64,000 nucleotides of DNA from NCBI GenBank assembly GCA_951406725.2, contig OX597834.1:38874001-38938000 (forward strand), given 5' to 3'. Both the position numbers and the translations under genes were made by a program. Source of the DNA: Octopus vulgaris (lineage: Eukaryota). This document shows positions 42,515-56,779 of the stretch, piece after piece (positions within the stretch are counted from its first letter, which is position 1; each line of letters begins with the position of its first letter). Under the pieces are notes generated by a model. That model had not been told where the DNA came from and did not search any database. It saw nothing but the letters and a program-made list of their open reading frames with translations.

Positions 42515-42750
42515 ATTATTATAAATCTTCCACTGATGAAGGAGCCATTTTCCAACAAAGATACAAGGAACCAACTTTGGGATGTAGTTAACACAGGCAA
42601 ATTCACATTTGGGAAATGAGAAAAGTCTTGCATATTTTTACTGTTCCACTCACAGATTGAACTTGTAATGTACGAATCAGCCGGTCGATTTCTCTTTCTG
42701 AGAATCCCCGGTTTATCCAGATTCTCCTTTAAAGCATTTACTAACAAAAC
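42515..42750 (-). mobile_element. R4/Dong-like LINE 3' end
   Basis: GFSEREIDRLIRTLQVQSVSGTVKICKTFL resembles an RLE-LINE C-terminus. A short UTR ends in ataataatt. Confidence 0.55.
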
Positions 42751-43137
42751 CTAGTGCTACGTGTGTTTGTATGTGTGTATGTGTGTATTTTCTACCGCAG
42801 TACAAGCCATATGTACATTGTACACACCCACGTCCCACCGGACACTTCCATCCTAATGACCGATATTTTGTTATTGGCAAACATCTGTTACACATACATA
42901 CACACAGAGATCTAAGTATATATACAGATGTGTGTGTGTGTGTGTTCATATGTCTGTATCTGATGTCTATCTTGATAGAGAGAGAGGATGGAAGAGAAGG
43001 AGTGAGATAGAGAGGGAGAGAAAGAGAGAGAGAGAGAAAAATGTGACAGCAATCGACAGACAGATTATGATTCAGCTCAGAATTAGTTTCATTGTTGTGA
43101 TACACACACACACACACACACACACATGCACACACTC

Positions 43138-43168
<31 letters not shown>

Positions 43169-43549
43169 TGCACACACTCACACACATATACACGCACACT
43201 CACACACACATACACACACAGATTCACACACACTCAGGCATACACGCACACACACAGGCGTGCACACACACACAGATATACCCACACACACAGACACACA
43301 CACACAGACAGACATACACACACACACACACATACACACATACACACTCACACACACATACACGCACACACACGCACATAGATTCACATACACACAGACA
43401 TATACACACACACACACAGACATACACACACACACACGTGTGTAGGTGTGTGTATGTATGTATATATGTGTTATGTATGTATTGATATATTATGTATGTA
43501 AACACGCATGAAGACACGTGTGTGTTTGCATGTTTGCCATCGCGCGCGT

Positions 43550-43661
<112 letters not shown>

Positions 43662-44707
43662 GTCTGATGAATGGATCACCTACAGGTCATGACACCGATA
43701 ATGTTACAGAAGCAACAACAACAACAACAACAACAACAACACCCCCTCCCACCCTTCCATTTCCCTTCTCTGCCAGCCTAGCATGACCTCTGCTATTTCT
43801 CTACCCCCCGTCGCCCACATCTCTAATACTATTGTCTTCACCGCTACCCCCATCCCTCCCCCACCACCACAACGAACAACAACAACAACAACAACTATCA
43901 TTGGCTGTACTTCTACCGAAACATATGTTCAATCTGACCTATATATATCTATAGGATACGCGAGGAGGAGGAGGGAAGGGAGCGGATGAAAGATTAATTT
44001 ATCAAATGAATTCGATATTTATTTACGGTGTGAAGGTGGCAAGCTGGCAAAATGGCTCGCACGCACGGCAACAATGCTTGGAGACATTTCGTCTGTCTTT
44101 ACGTTCAGTGTTCAAATTCCGCCGAGGAGGTGAATTTTTCCTTTCATCCTTTTGGGAGCCAAAAAATTAGTACCAGTCGAGAACTGAGGGTCGATATAAT
44201 CGACCAGACCCTTACCCCAAAATTTCAGATCTTTTACCTATATTAGAAAGGATTACTATTTTTTTTTTTTCGCCGGGGTTAAAATGTCGTAACATAGTTC
44301 TTTATGGAACAGCTGTTACAGTGGCAAAAAACAAAAAAAAAACTACCGTCTAGTATTGTTAATACTTATATCTCCTTTAGAGATTTAGAATTAGCTATTT
44401 TGCTCGTTATGAGTTCAGCAATTGTCTGAATAATTGGTGCAATCCGCAAGGATTATATGGTATGAAATGAAGGAATATACGGCTGGTCCATTTAAGCCGT
44501 TCTTTGTAGAAATTTCTAAGAAGTACCCTCCTCTCTACACCTCCCACAACCTTTGTGCTCTGATGAACACTACTAGAAAGAATGTACTAAATGCATCGGG
44601 AGCAACATGCGCTACCTTTACATCTGAAACAAAGAACACTTCAGTCCAGTTGCTGAAATACCGCAACCACAATATTACTGTACCTATATGATCCACAAAC
44701 TGTAATA

Positions 44708-44947
44708 CCTATTTCTTTACTAGCCATAAGGGGCTAAACACAGAGGGGACGAACAAGGACAGACAAACGGATTAAGTCGATTATATCGACCCCAGTGCGT
44801 AACAGGTACTTAATTTATCGACCCCGAAAGGATGAAAGGCAAAGTCGACCTCGGCGGAATTTGAACTCAGAACACAGCGGCGGACGAAATACCGCTAAGC
44901 ATTTCGCCCGAAAGGTGCTAACGTTTCTGCCAGCTCGCCGCCTTAAT
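44708..44947 (-). mobile_element. SINE family A (tail type 2) with a 17-bp target-site duplication
   Basis: atccacaaactgtaata at 44691-44707 and 44948-44964. Similar copies at 48970-49335, 50609-50843 and 55870-56104. Confidence 0.93.
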
Positions 44948-45692
44948 ATCCACAAACTGTAATATCGGATACTTATGGATCGAGACAATCCCCTTCACTA
45001 AATGAAAGCCACCGCGTGTCAGAACGAACACACAGACACGGGACGATTGGACCGACTAACACGTTTAGTTCAGTAAAGCTATTCAGTTAATGGTGTAGCC
45101 AGAACTGTACTGAGGTTATTTTAAAAGGAAATATATTTCCTTTTAAAATAACACCAGAGATTAGCATAGATATTGAAATACAGTTATGAGTGTCTTTGTT
45201 TTCGATTATAGAAATTCTGAAATCGGAAAGAATTACGTTCAGACGAATGAATCTGAAGGAATATAAGAATTATAACAATACATTGATTACTTATTGAGTG
45301 TTTCCTATACAGATTAACAGTCACAATCGATTCTACATTTTGGTTTTGTTATGGTTGTTTTGTTTGTTTGTTTGTTTTTACATTTATTTATTTTTTTGTT
45401 CTTGCTCTTTTGTTTGTTTTTGCGAAAAGAATTCGTCTCTCATTAAGCATATATTCTGTTAAAACTTTCCACAGAACATTCTCGTTGTTAAGCTTGTGTA
45501 TGTACCCGTGTGCAAGTGTATGTATGTATACACATACATACATATATATATGTATGTGAATATATGTATATACATACATATATATGTGTATATGTACACA
45601 TGTATATATATGTACATATATATATATACATATATACATACATACATATAACATAGGTATAAATACATACTTATAAATATGTACACACACAA

Positions 45693-45725
<33 letters not shown>

Positions 45726-46230
45726 CATCTCTTTCTCTGTATATGTATATATATATATGTAAATATATTAATATTTATATAGATATGAACACTCGTGTGT
45801 GTGTGTGTGTGTGTGTGTGCGTAAATTGTTTGAATGTATGATTGTCTTGTATTCAGAAACAAAGCGAACAGAACACCCACGAAACCATGAATAAAATTAT
45901 TCGCCAGTTCAGGGCGAAGAATTTTGCTTAACGTATTCTGAGAAATATCAGACAAATCTCTTTCAAACCAAATCCGACAATCTGTTAGGAAGAGAAATAC
46001 AGAAAGATAGAAAGCTCATTCTGAACGATGGTGTCAGTCAGTCTTTCTCTCTCTTTCCTTATTTCCCCCCTCTCTCATTCTCTCTCTCTCTCCGGAATAG
46101 TAGACTAGAAAGATAATGAATGAAACACATATGGAGTGAGAGACAGAGATGAAGACGGCTGTACGTTTGTGCTTCGTCAAACTCTTGTTTTTGTTCCGCG
46201 TTCAGTTTCTCTTCAATCCTTATGATCTCC

Positions 46231-46288
<58 letters not shown>

Positions 46289-47306
46289 CTCTATCTCTAT
46301 CTATCTCTCTCTCTCTCGCCCTCTGCTTCTCCTTAAACGTCTTTTTTCTTTTTCCACTCTGTCAACAAGAGAGAGAGAGAAGTGTCATGGTGATGATAAC
46401 AGCGATTTGAAAACTGGATCAAAAGAGACACCTTAATCTATTGCAACATTATCTTGTATTAGGCGAACACAGGTTTTCCCCAATACTTTAAACCACGTGT
46501 GTATGTGTACGCGTATGTATGCATACGTTATGTTTATCTATACGCACCCAAGAATGAATTTCGTGTATTGGTTGCCAGTTTCCTGATCATTTTATTTGAA
46601 GTACTCCAAGGATGTATATTATTTATCCATCTAATTAATCTATTGATATATGTGTGGGTATGGTTAACCGAAACAGAAAAACAATCACACAAGAAGACAC
46701 GTTTTATTGTAAACAACTTCTTCAGTGACCTTCTCAGAAATCCCACAATGAATTTCCTTCTGATTGGTTTGTTACATGGATATCACCTCCAGACACTGAT
46801 CTCTATTAGACTTCGATGTATTGGTATATATTATTTGCTAGTTGACTTAAGTCTTTTAATTTGGACGGTGAAAGTTGTGATGTCGCTTTGGTGTAGAGGC
46901 TAGCACGGCTGCAAGGGTTACAGCACACGATATTATTATTGATAATTTTATTCGGCAAATTTTCGAAGTAACGCTGGCATTATTTTATTTGCTGCCGACA
47001 AAAAAATGCGCTTGCGCGGTAGATTTGAAAAATTATAATCTATAAGCACGGGGGAAAAGGTGGATTGCCTCGTATTTATACGCTTAATCTGGGCGTACCT
47101 GTTGATGAAGACTTCTACTAGAAAATTATTTTATTTGCTAATATAGAGTCAGAAACCATGGTCCAGGAGATAGATGGTAAATGTTTCTATTTGTCATTCC
47201 CTTCGAAGTTTATCCCTAATAGTGGTTTGGATGTTTGGATGTTGGCTATTCCTTCTAGCGTACCAAGTATGCCATGATGGATACCTCTCATGTGTTTAAA
47301 TGTACA

Positions 47307-47385
<79 letters not shown>

Positions 47386-48261
47386 AGAGACAACAATATA
47401 TATTACATACAACATATATATATATATGTGTGTGTGTGTGTATGTGTGAATATATATACATATATATATATGTAAGCATATATATATATATATATATCTA
47501 CATATATGTGTGTATGTGTATATATACATATGTGTGTGTGTGTGTGTGTGCATGTAGTCATACACATGCATACTGGAGTCGATTGATTCAACTAAAATTC
47601 TTCAAGTCAGTGCTCCAGCATGGCCGCACTCTCATGATTGAAACAAGTAAAAAATTATATATATATATATACATATATTATATATAAATGGTATGGTTGT
47701 CTAATCCGCAATTTTACAATCTAAAGGCAGAAATATATTCGTCACTAAAGTGACAAAGGGCACGAAACAGCACCAACATTGCTAGAAATAAGAGTCAAAA
47801 CACACGTGCATGCACACACACACATACACACACATGTTTATATTCCGTTGCATATGTATTGTAATTAACGCGATATACTATTCTGAGCTTTAACGTATTT
47901 GGCTGTTTGTTGCGCAGAAGCATCACATCATAATGTTGTGTATGCGTGTGTGCCTTTTTGTATGTGTGTGTGTATGTACGTGTGTGTGTATGTGTTTTGT
48001 GTGTGTGTGTATGTGTGTGTATCTTTGAATGTGCGTTTAATAGGGAAAGACGTTTTACGACTCCCACAGATAATAAATAGCACTTGGATTCATAACGAGA
48101 AGAAAACGATGGAAAGAATTAATTCGTTGGAGACACGACGCGGCGCTCTCCGGTGGAGAGGTACAAACTTCCGATGTTCGCTTACTTTATTCAACTGTAC
48201 TCTGTACACCTGTACTCGAATAGAAGACAAATGTTTTCATTCACTTGATATTTTGAATTAA

Positions 48262-48453
48262 AACTGTGTGGTAAGGAGTTTGTTTTATTAACCACTTGGA
48301 TCTGGGTTCGGTTCCACTGCGTGGCACCTTGGGCAAGTGTATTCTACTGTAGCATCGAGTCGAGCTTTGCGAGTGGATTTGGTAGACGGAAACTGAAAGA
48401 AGCCCGTCGTATGCATATGTAAGTGTATGTGTGTGCGTGCGCATGTGTGTACG

Positions 48454-48487
<34 letters not shown>

Positions 48488-48750
48488 TGTATGTATGTAT
48501 GTACGTACGTACGTATGTATGTATGTATGTATCTATGTATGTGTGTGTCTGTGTGTTTATGTGAGTGTGTTGACATCCAGCGTTGGCGTATTTACGTCCT
48601 GTAACTTAGCGGTTCGGCAAAATGGAGTGATAGAATAAATACCAGGCTTTGAAAAAAGAATAAGTACTAAGGTCGATCCATTCGACAAAAAAATTCACGG
48701 CGGTGCCCCAGCATGGTCGCAATCAAATGACTGAAACAAGGAAAAGAAAA
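48262..48750 (+). mobile_element. SINE family C, near full length
   Basis: Both conserved halves present, separated by (TATG)n. Confidence 0.87.
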
Positions 48751-50148
48751 CACCATGCCATTATCTTCTGCGAGATACACGTAGACAGTGTGTTGAGAAT
48801 CAACATGTGCAGTCCAATCATGACTCTTCATATTGAGACCACCCTGGAGACACAATATAATGCACAAAGAAATAAATGAGATATGATCATCAGGTGGTAA
48901 ACAATATCATATCGTCAGGTGATAATATAATTATCATCACTGAAAGACAATATTTTAATTGGCTGTAAATTTTAGCACAAGACCATCAAGTTCAGAGAAC
49001 TCCAGTGTTCAACTGGTACTTATTTTACCGACTCCGAAAGGACGAAAGGCAAAGTCGGGCTCAGCGGAATTTGAACTCAGAGCGTACAGTCGGACGAAAT
49101 ACCGTTAAGCATTATTTCTTTACTACTCACAAGGGGCTAAACACAGAGAGGACAAACAAGGACAGACAACCGGATTAAGTCGATTACATCGACCCCAGTC
49201 TTACTTAATTTATCGACCCCGAAAGGATGAAAGGCAAAGTCGATCTCGGCGGAATTTGAACTCAGAACGTAACGGCAGACGAAATACCGCCAAGCATTTC
49301 GCCCGGGGTGCTAACGATTCTGCCAGCTCGCCACCTTGATGCAGTGATCAGGACTAATCTTGAACTACAGAACCACAACAACATGATGCTGCAAACAGAT
49401 AAGTGAGATACGATCAGCGGGCGGTAAACAATTGCGCATCGTCAGGTGACAAACAATGTAATAATGTCACTGGAAAACAATATTTTATACTGCAATAATA
49501 ATTGGCATCAAAGCTGCTGATAATGGATCGAGGTGTTGATTGGCGCCTGTTGACTGCCAATTAGACAAATGAAAGGAAGTGGATGCAAGGGAAGATGTGC
49601 GGAACAGGAGAAGATGTGGGGGTTATTGTGAATGTCTTCATTGTTTCCAAGTAAGTTTATCGGGTTCCAAAGTGATTTGTCTTATTTTAAAATGGAATCC
49701 AGAGGGACTCGAAGAAGGGAAACACTGGCTAATGATGCAGAGTTCAGGTTCCTTGCAACAACAATAACAACAACAACAAACAACGACAATGACGACGACG
49801 AGGGCGGTGGCAGAAGCGGTGGCAGAGGCGATAACGACTGCGCTGTTGTTGTTGTTGGTGGTGGTGGTGGTGTTGTTGTTGTTGTTGGTGGTGGTGGTGA
49901 TGTTGTTGTTGTTGGTGGTGGTGGTGGTGATGTTGTTGTTGTTGGTAGTGGTGGTGGTGATGTTGTTGTTGTTGTTGGTGGTGGTGATGATATTGTTGTT
50001 GTTGTTGGTGGTGGTGGTGATGTTGTTGTTGTTGTTGGTGGTGGTGGTGATGTTGTTGGTGGTGGTGGTGGTGATGTTGTTGTAGAAGGTATGTTCTATC
50101 CAGCTTAGACATGGTGGAGATATTTGATCCAAACGAAACCATAATTGT

Positions 50149-50162
50149 GTTACCATGGAAAC
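50149..50162. promoter_or_regulatory. RFX X-box motif match
   Basis: GTTACCATGGAAAC fits GTTNCCATGGNAAC and lies in non-repeat DNA. Function unproven. Confidence 0.4.
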
Positions 50163-50375
50163 AGAGCCGTGATGGCGATGAGATGTCAATCACGGACCAT
50201 ATGGTCAGTAAGTCGATAGCTTAATGACTATTCGTGGCACGAGTGTCCTCTACATTTGTGTGTGTGTGTGGGAGGATTTACACGCGCGTGCGCGTGTTCA
50301 TGACCGACTGAACAGCTGCGTGAGTCTTTCGCGCGAGGAAACCATTAGTAGTGGTTAGTGATGGTTTTCCAGCCG

Positions 50376-50417
<42 letters not shown>

Positions 50418-50569
50418 TACACACACACATACATACACACACACATACATACATACATATATATATAGTTAGTCCAAACATGAAAACACAAAGAGAAAAC
50501 ACAACAACGCGAGGACGTGGAACAAGTATAGTATTATTGGACGCTCAGGAAAGGAAAGAAAGAAGGAGG

Positions 50570-50604
50570 ACTTAACGTTTCGAGCGGAGCTCTTCGTCAG
50601 AAAC
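50570..50604 (-). ncRNA. Minimal type I hammerhead (Penelope-type)
   Basis: GUUU-CUGACGA-A-GAGC-UCC-GCUC-GAAA-CG-UU-AAGU: intact core with a weak stem I. A T-rich tail follows down to ~50470, then a microsatellite. Confidence 0.65.
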
Positions 50605-53099
50605 ATAGTAATACCTATTTCTTTACTACCCACAAGGGGCTAAACACAGAGAGGACAAACAAGGACAAACGGATTAAGTCGATTATATCGACTCCAGTGC
50701 GTAACTGGTGCTTATTTAATCGACCCCGAAAGGATGAAAGGCAAAGTCGACTTCGGCGGAAATTGAACTCAGAACATAGCGGCAGACGAAATACCGCTAA
50801 GCACTTCGCCCGGCGTGCTAACATTTCTGCCAGCTCGCCGCCTTCTCTTTCTCTTTACTCTCTTCTACACGAACACCGGCTGAGTCTTCATCTGGGAACC
50901 AACCCATGACAGGATGACGCTGAGTATCTTTCAAAAACTTTGGGTCAATAATCTTGCACGGTGTGTGTGTGTGTGTCTGTCTGTCTGTGTGTTTGTGTGT
51001 ACGTATGTGTGTGTGTGTGTGGTGGGGAGTGTTGTCTGTTGCGTCTGCTGATGACATTATTGTTGATGAGGATGAAACAGGATACGTGGAGCATCCATCG
51101 TCAGGTCCAGTGCAAGTGCAAAATGTAATAAATACCTGATGATGATGACGACGACGACGACGACAATGATGATGTTGATGATGATGATGACGATGCTGAA
51201 GACGATAATGATAGTGATGATGATGATGGTGGTGGTGGTGGTGGTGGTGATGGTGATGGTGATGATGCTGATGATGATAATGACGACGACAAAGGTGATG
51301 ATAATGATGAGAATGACGATGATGATGACGACGATGATGATGATGCTGAAGACGATAATGATAGTGATGATGATGATGGTGGTGGTGGTGGTGATGGTGA
51401 TGGTGATGGTGATGATGCTGATGATGATAATGACGACGACAAAGGTGATGATAATGATGAGAATGACGATGATGATGACGACGATGATGATGATGCTGAA
51501 GACGATAATGATAGTGATGATGATGATGATGATATGATGACGATGATGATGGTGTTGATGATGATGATGATAATGATAACGATTACTTTTTTACAGTACA
51601 CACACACACACAACACAACACACAAACCTATTTCTTATCTGTTTTTCTTTTTCTTTTTTTTTTTTCATGTAAACTTGTAAACTTCATTGAACTTATTGTC
51701 GGTAGCGACAATCACTGATTTATTGAACTCTATTATTTGAATTTTATCGATCTTAAAGGAAATCAATCATACTTGACTGGAAAATAAAAGCAAAAGAAAC
51801 AATATTAGTCAGCAATTAATATTTATTTCTCTCACCATATTGTTTTTTCTTTTGGTTTTAAATGTTTTTATACTAAATATAAATCTGATCATCTGTCATA
51901 CCTATCGATGATCGATCTCTGTCTACCTGCGTGTCTGCTTGTCTATTTGTCCCTCGATCTAATAATATGCGTGTATCAGTGTGTTTGTGTGTGTGTCTAA
52001 TGATGTGTACGTTTATTCTTCACACGAAACTTAACACAATAGAATGTAAATGACATTCGCTGCGGGAGAACAAATTTCTTCCTATGCACCTTGTGTGAAA
52101 ATACATACCAAGCTCCAAACGACGTCAGCGGACTACTACTATACCTGGCTTTTCGACTATATTCTGCCCCCTCAGTATATATAACTATATATATATTGGA
52201 CTCTCCCGTCGAAGATGACGTATAAGCGTTCAGCCGAACGACCTGCACAAATGGTTTGTTTATAGTGATCAAATGTCCGTGTCACACATTAGCTCACTTT
52301 CTCCATCAAGTGGACGTCGTCTGAAAAAGTGCACTGTGCATCGCGCGTCCAGAGTCGAAACGATCGTAGAGAAACGCGAGATGAAGTGTTTTGCTCAAGA
52401 ACACAACGCATCACCCGGTCTAGGAATTGAAACCGCGACCTCGTGATCGTGAGTACACCACTCTAACCACGAAGCCATGCGCCAAATCCTTGTGAGTGGA
52501 TTTGGTAGACGGAAACTGAAAGAAGCCCGTCGTATATATGTATATATATATACATATGCGCGTGTGTGTATATGTGTGTCTGTGTTTGTCCCCCAACATC
52601 GCTTGACAACCGATGTCCGCGTAACTTAGCGGTTCGGCAAAAGATACCGAAGTCGACATCGGCGGAATTTGAACTCAGAACGTAACGGCAGACGAAATAT
52701 CACTAAGTATTTCACCCGGCGTGCTAACGTATCTGCCAGCTCGCCGCCTTCACTTATACAACATATTTCAATTCCTTTAACATGCAAACAAACAACTCAA
52801 ACCTGCCGATACAAGTCATTCGTTAATGAGCGTTGCTATAAAAACAGTTTGAATCTCGCCTCGAGTTTCCTATATTATTTTTTTTCTTTGTCGTAAGGAA
52901 AATGTTATAATAATTAATAAAACATGTCGATTATAATCCCCGACGGGAATGACACGAAAGGACGGTCAACATAATTATTGTTTACAAGGGTTATGTAAGT
53001 TAAAAGATGTTAATACATAGGAATAATACGTATAAGTAGATTACGACTAAGTAAGCGGATAACTAAGAATAAACGAATGAACGTTGTTGCTGGTATGAT

Positions 53100-53408
53100 C
53101 GTCGTGGCTTAGTGGTTAAAGTGTTCGGTTCACGATCGTAAAGTCGTGAGTTCGATTCTCTGCAGCGCGTTACGTCCTTGAGCAAAACACTTTATTTCAC
53201 GTTGCACCAGTCCGCTCGGCTGACAAATGTGAGTTGTACCTGTAATTCAAACGGTCAGCCGTGTCACGCTGAATCTTCCTGAGAACTACATTAAGGGTTA
53301 CACGTGTCTGTGGAGTGCTCAGCCACTTGCACGTTAATATCACGAGCAGGCTGTTCCGTTCATCGAATCAATTTGGAACCCGCGTCGTCGTAACCGACGG
53401 AATACCAG
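53100..53408 (+). mobile_element. SINE family D (tRNA head + gtccttgagcaa.acactt)
   Basis: Shared with 1290-1566, 30865-31170, 8765-8895(-) and 52375-52480(-). Ends gtcgtaaccgacgga. Confidence 0.85.
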
Positions 53409-53568
53409 AGATAATAATAATAATGAATTCAAATTTTTGCAGCGAGCTGGCAGAATCGTTAGCACGGCGGGCCAAATGCTTCGCGGTATTTCGTCTGCCG
53501 CTACGTTCTAAGTTCAAATTCCGCCGAGTTTGACTTTGCCTTTCATCCTTTCGGGAATCGATGAAATC

Positions 53569-54194
53569 CAAATCCTTTGTGAGCCGCTCTCCGGCTATCT
53601 ATCTGCGGCTTTATATAGCTATGGTAAGACCTCACCTGGAATTTGCATCACCGGTCTGGAACCCCTATCTTGCCCAGGACATCAATCGTCTGGAAGCTGT
53701 TCAGCGACGTGCAACCAAAAGAATACCCTCCATCAGGCATTTGCCATATCCTGAACGCCTTACTTCCCAGGGCATAGACACATTGAAACTCCGACGTCTG
53801 GCAGACACCCATAAAATTATCAACCATCGCACAAACAATAACTCTGAGCACCTCTTCAAACTCCACCCATCTAACACCCGTGGACATATTTACAAAGTAA
53901 GAAAACAGCACAGTTCCCATGACTTCAGGAAACATTTTTTCACGCTGAGAGTTGCTGAAGCGTGGAACAAACTGCCGGCATCGGTTGTTAGTTGTCGGAG
54001 CACTGCATCCTTCAAGACTTCCATGCTTCCTGAGATTCGCCAACACTACACCTGATTTTCTCCCCTCCATACACACACAAGCATGTTCACTTTCCAGACA
54101 TTTCTACATTACTGCATGTACTTTATATGCACTTTCTGAAAAGTTGTGGTGCACCTGAGCACTGTATACAATAATTTCATTATTATATTATTAT
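53569..54194 (+). mobile_element. CR1-clade LINE, 5'-truncated, inserted into a SINE
   Basis: LYIAMVRPHLEFASPVWNPY..DINRLEAVQRRATK..YPERL..TRGH..RKHFFTLRVAEAWNKLP, stop at 54055, UTR and ATT tail. SINE halves lie on either side (53440-53568 and 54195-54281). Confidence 0.93.
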
Positions 54195-54562
54195 AAGTAC
54201 CAGCTGAGCACTGGGTCGATATAATCGACTAGCCCCCTCCTCCAAATGTCAGGCCTTGTGCCTATAGTAGAAAGGATTATTAAATTACAAGTCCCAAAGA
54301 GAGAGTGGTGGTGGGGGACAGACAGAGAACATTATAAAATGGTCTTCAAAAAGCCTTCCAAAAATGGAAGTTCCAATTTATTTTGAAAGATCCACCAACT
54401 ATAAATAAGTCATTTCCATTCATCACTATGAAACATTTAACTGCTGTCTGTTCTTCATTCTCGTGTTTTTTTTCCTCCTCTTTTCTAGTATTTATAGTTT
54501 TTAAATACCAGTCTCAGTCCGACATAGCTTATCACCTTTACATGGAAGTGTAAATAAATAAA

Positions 54563-54964
54563 TCTCTCTATATAAAGCTGAAGTTGTCTGTGTGTGTATG
54601 TGGTAGGTTTGGTTGACTTCAACTAACACTATCTGCTCCGAGACCCTGCGGCGCAAGTTGACCAAAACTGAGAGTATGATAGAAGAAGGCTTGCCCTTCA
54701 TTCCGTAGAAGATAAAATTCAAATCGGACCATGTTAACACCAAAAATTATTTACATCAAAAAGGTGCATTTTTTTTTTTCTATGAAAATCCCTATTTTTT
54801 ACGATTTTTGTAACTGCTGTGTAACCATTTTTCGGTGTATTTCAACCAGAAAAATGTTCACTTAAAGAGAATAACAAGCTATATAATGCAAATTTTTTAC
54901 TTTTCAAAAATTCCAACTCTAAAGGGTCGAAACAAACCCGAGCAACGCCGGGCTATACCGTTAG
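54563..54964 (+). mobile_element. Non-autonomous Helitron-like element
   Basis: A|TC start (tctctctatataaa), subterminal hairpin cccgagcaacgccggg at 54937-54952, TTAG|T end (CTRR-like), no TSD. Confidence 0.75.
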
Positions 54965-56779
54965 TAAATGATATATTTGTCATTGCTCGCTGCTCTATTC
55001 GAGAGACACGTAAAAAAAACAAAACAAAAACAGTATGAATCTATTGTAAGGGAGAAAACTCTGTATAGCTTGTTAGATAAGGGAGAGCACTCTCCAAATA
55101 TTCTCGGTGCACATTTTGTATGAGTTTAGGGAAAAGACATTATGATCGAGAACGTTCCAACGGTGACATTCCTGTCCTTTTCTTCAGATATATTATATCT
55201 AAAACCACATCATTCAATATCTCCTGCTTTTTCTAAGATGGTAACGTGTGAAATGATGAAGATTTAGCAATTATTTTCAGCAAATTAAGAATGCCCAAAT
55301 GGTTCGCTCTAACGACCGGGTTTCTATTCCAGCCATGGGCAAACTGCGGCCCGCGGGAATTTCTGAATAGCACATCTAAATTAAAATTACTTCGAACTTT
55401 TCTTTGTCGCGCGCCCACTTGGCGATGTGTCATGTTTTATGCAACTCGCTTCTTGATAAAGCTTACCAGTGTCAGTTATACGCAGTCACTCGATTCGCTA
55501 GAAGTAGCAGACAAACCTTCTTCGAATCACATACTGCTGTCTTGAAGGTAGTTGATTATAGGGATAAATTAGTTGAAAACATCGTTACACGTGACAAAGA
55601 AACGAGAAACGTATCAAGTGGTCGTAGGATGTGCTATAATCTCCCTTAAATCATACACCATTTCGTTTGAAAATTATTAGGAGGAAAAAAGAATTTTTTA
55701 ATTCACTATGGCTTTTAAATTACGCTTCATTTGTTTTTGTTTTGTTTTGTTTGAAAATAAATGAAAATCGGTCTGGAAGGAAGCAGGGACTCATGATTAA
55801 AAATTTTTTTTTTAATAAAAAGCCTTCCACATTTGCAAGGTTCACCCTGCTGGCCAATAGCAATGGTATAGGCGAGCTGGCAGAAACGTTAGCACACCGG
55901 GAGAAATGCTTAGCGGTATTTCGTCTGTCGTTATGTTGTGGGTTCAAATTCCGCCAAGGTCGAACTTTGCCTTTCATCCTTTCCGGGTCGATAAATTAAG
56001 TACCAGTTACGCAGTGGGGTCGATGTAATCGACTTAATACCTATGTCTGTCCTTGTTTGTCCCCTCTATGTTTAGCCCCTTGTGAGTAATAAAGAAATAG
56101 GTATAAAATATCACAACCAGAAATACAAATTTAACATTCTTGACCAAAACATAAGATTAAGATCCTTTAACTGATGCAATCAGCTGTTGGGGTGCCACCC
56201 TGAATACTTTTATAGTCAACTATCACCACTGGTCTCAGTTCTCTTTGTCCAGTCTTTGATGTTGTCAAACCAGGATTTTTTTCCTGTCTGCCTCTTTTTC
56301 GCCCTTCCTCAATTGTGTCCTGAAGAAAAGTTGTGGAAGGCTACATGACTGAACCAGAAAAGCTTCCATCTTTTTACCTGAGCAAGTAGTAGTTCCAATC
56401 TGCCAGCATATTTGTTTTGCCTGACAAAGCTGTCCGTCTTGTGCTCTGTGTATAACACGCTTTATGATAAATTCATGGTTTCATATTTTATTCTCATACT
56501 CTGTCACAAAATTCTATTTACATGCACAGAATCATCAAATATTTTCCCTTACGAAACCACTTTAAAATAACTTTCAATAAATGTATAATGAAACATACTA
56601 AATTTTTTTTTTCTTTGAAATATCCTTATAAAACAGGAATGTGTCTTTCATGCTGGCAAATATGGTGAGTTCAGAACAACCTTGTAATTTAACATTAAGA
56701 ATAAATTTATGAAATGTATACTGTTTATACATTTGCTGATGTCATATAAAGTGCACAAAGAGGGCCACATATTGAGCAC

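Noticed and set aside
42533-42590. CUGAUGA as a hammerhead core or C box
   Set aside because: No GAAA/UH in register and no terminal stem or D box; it lies in a LINE 3' UTR.
51048-51080. CUGAUGA...GAAA
   Set aside because: No stem II or stem I/III pairing in register, and it lies next to GAT repeats.
55330-55360. hAT-like terminus (catgggcaaactgcggcccgcg; similar at ~22125 and ~42180)
   Set aside because: Only isolated single ends; element boundaries could not be defined.
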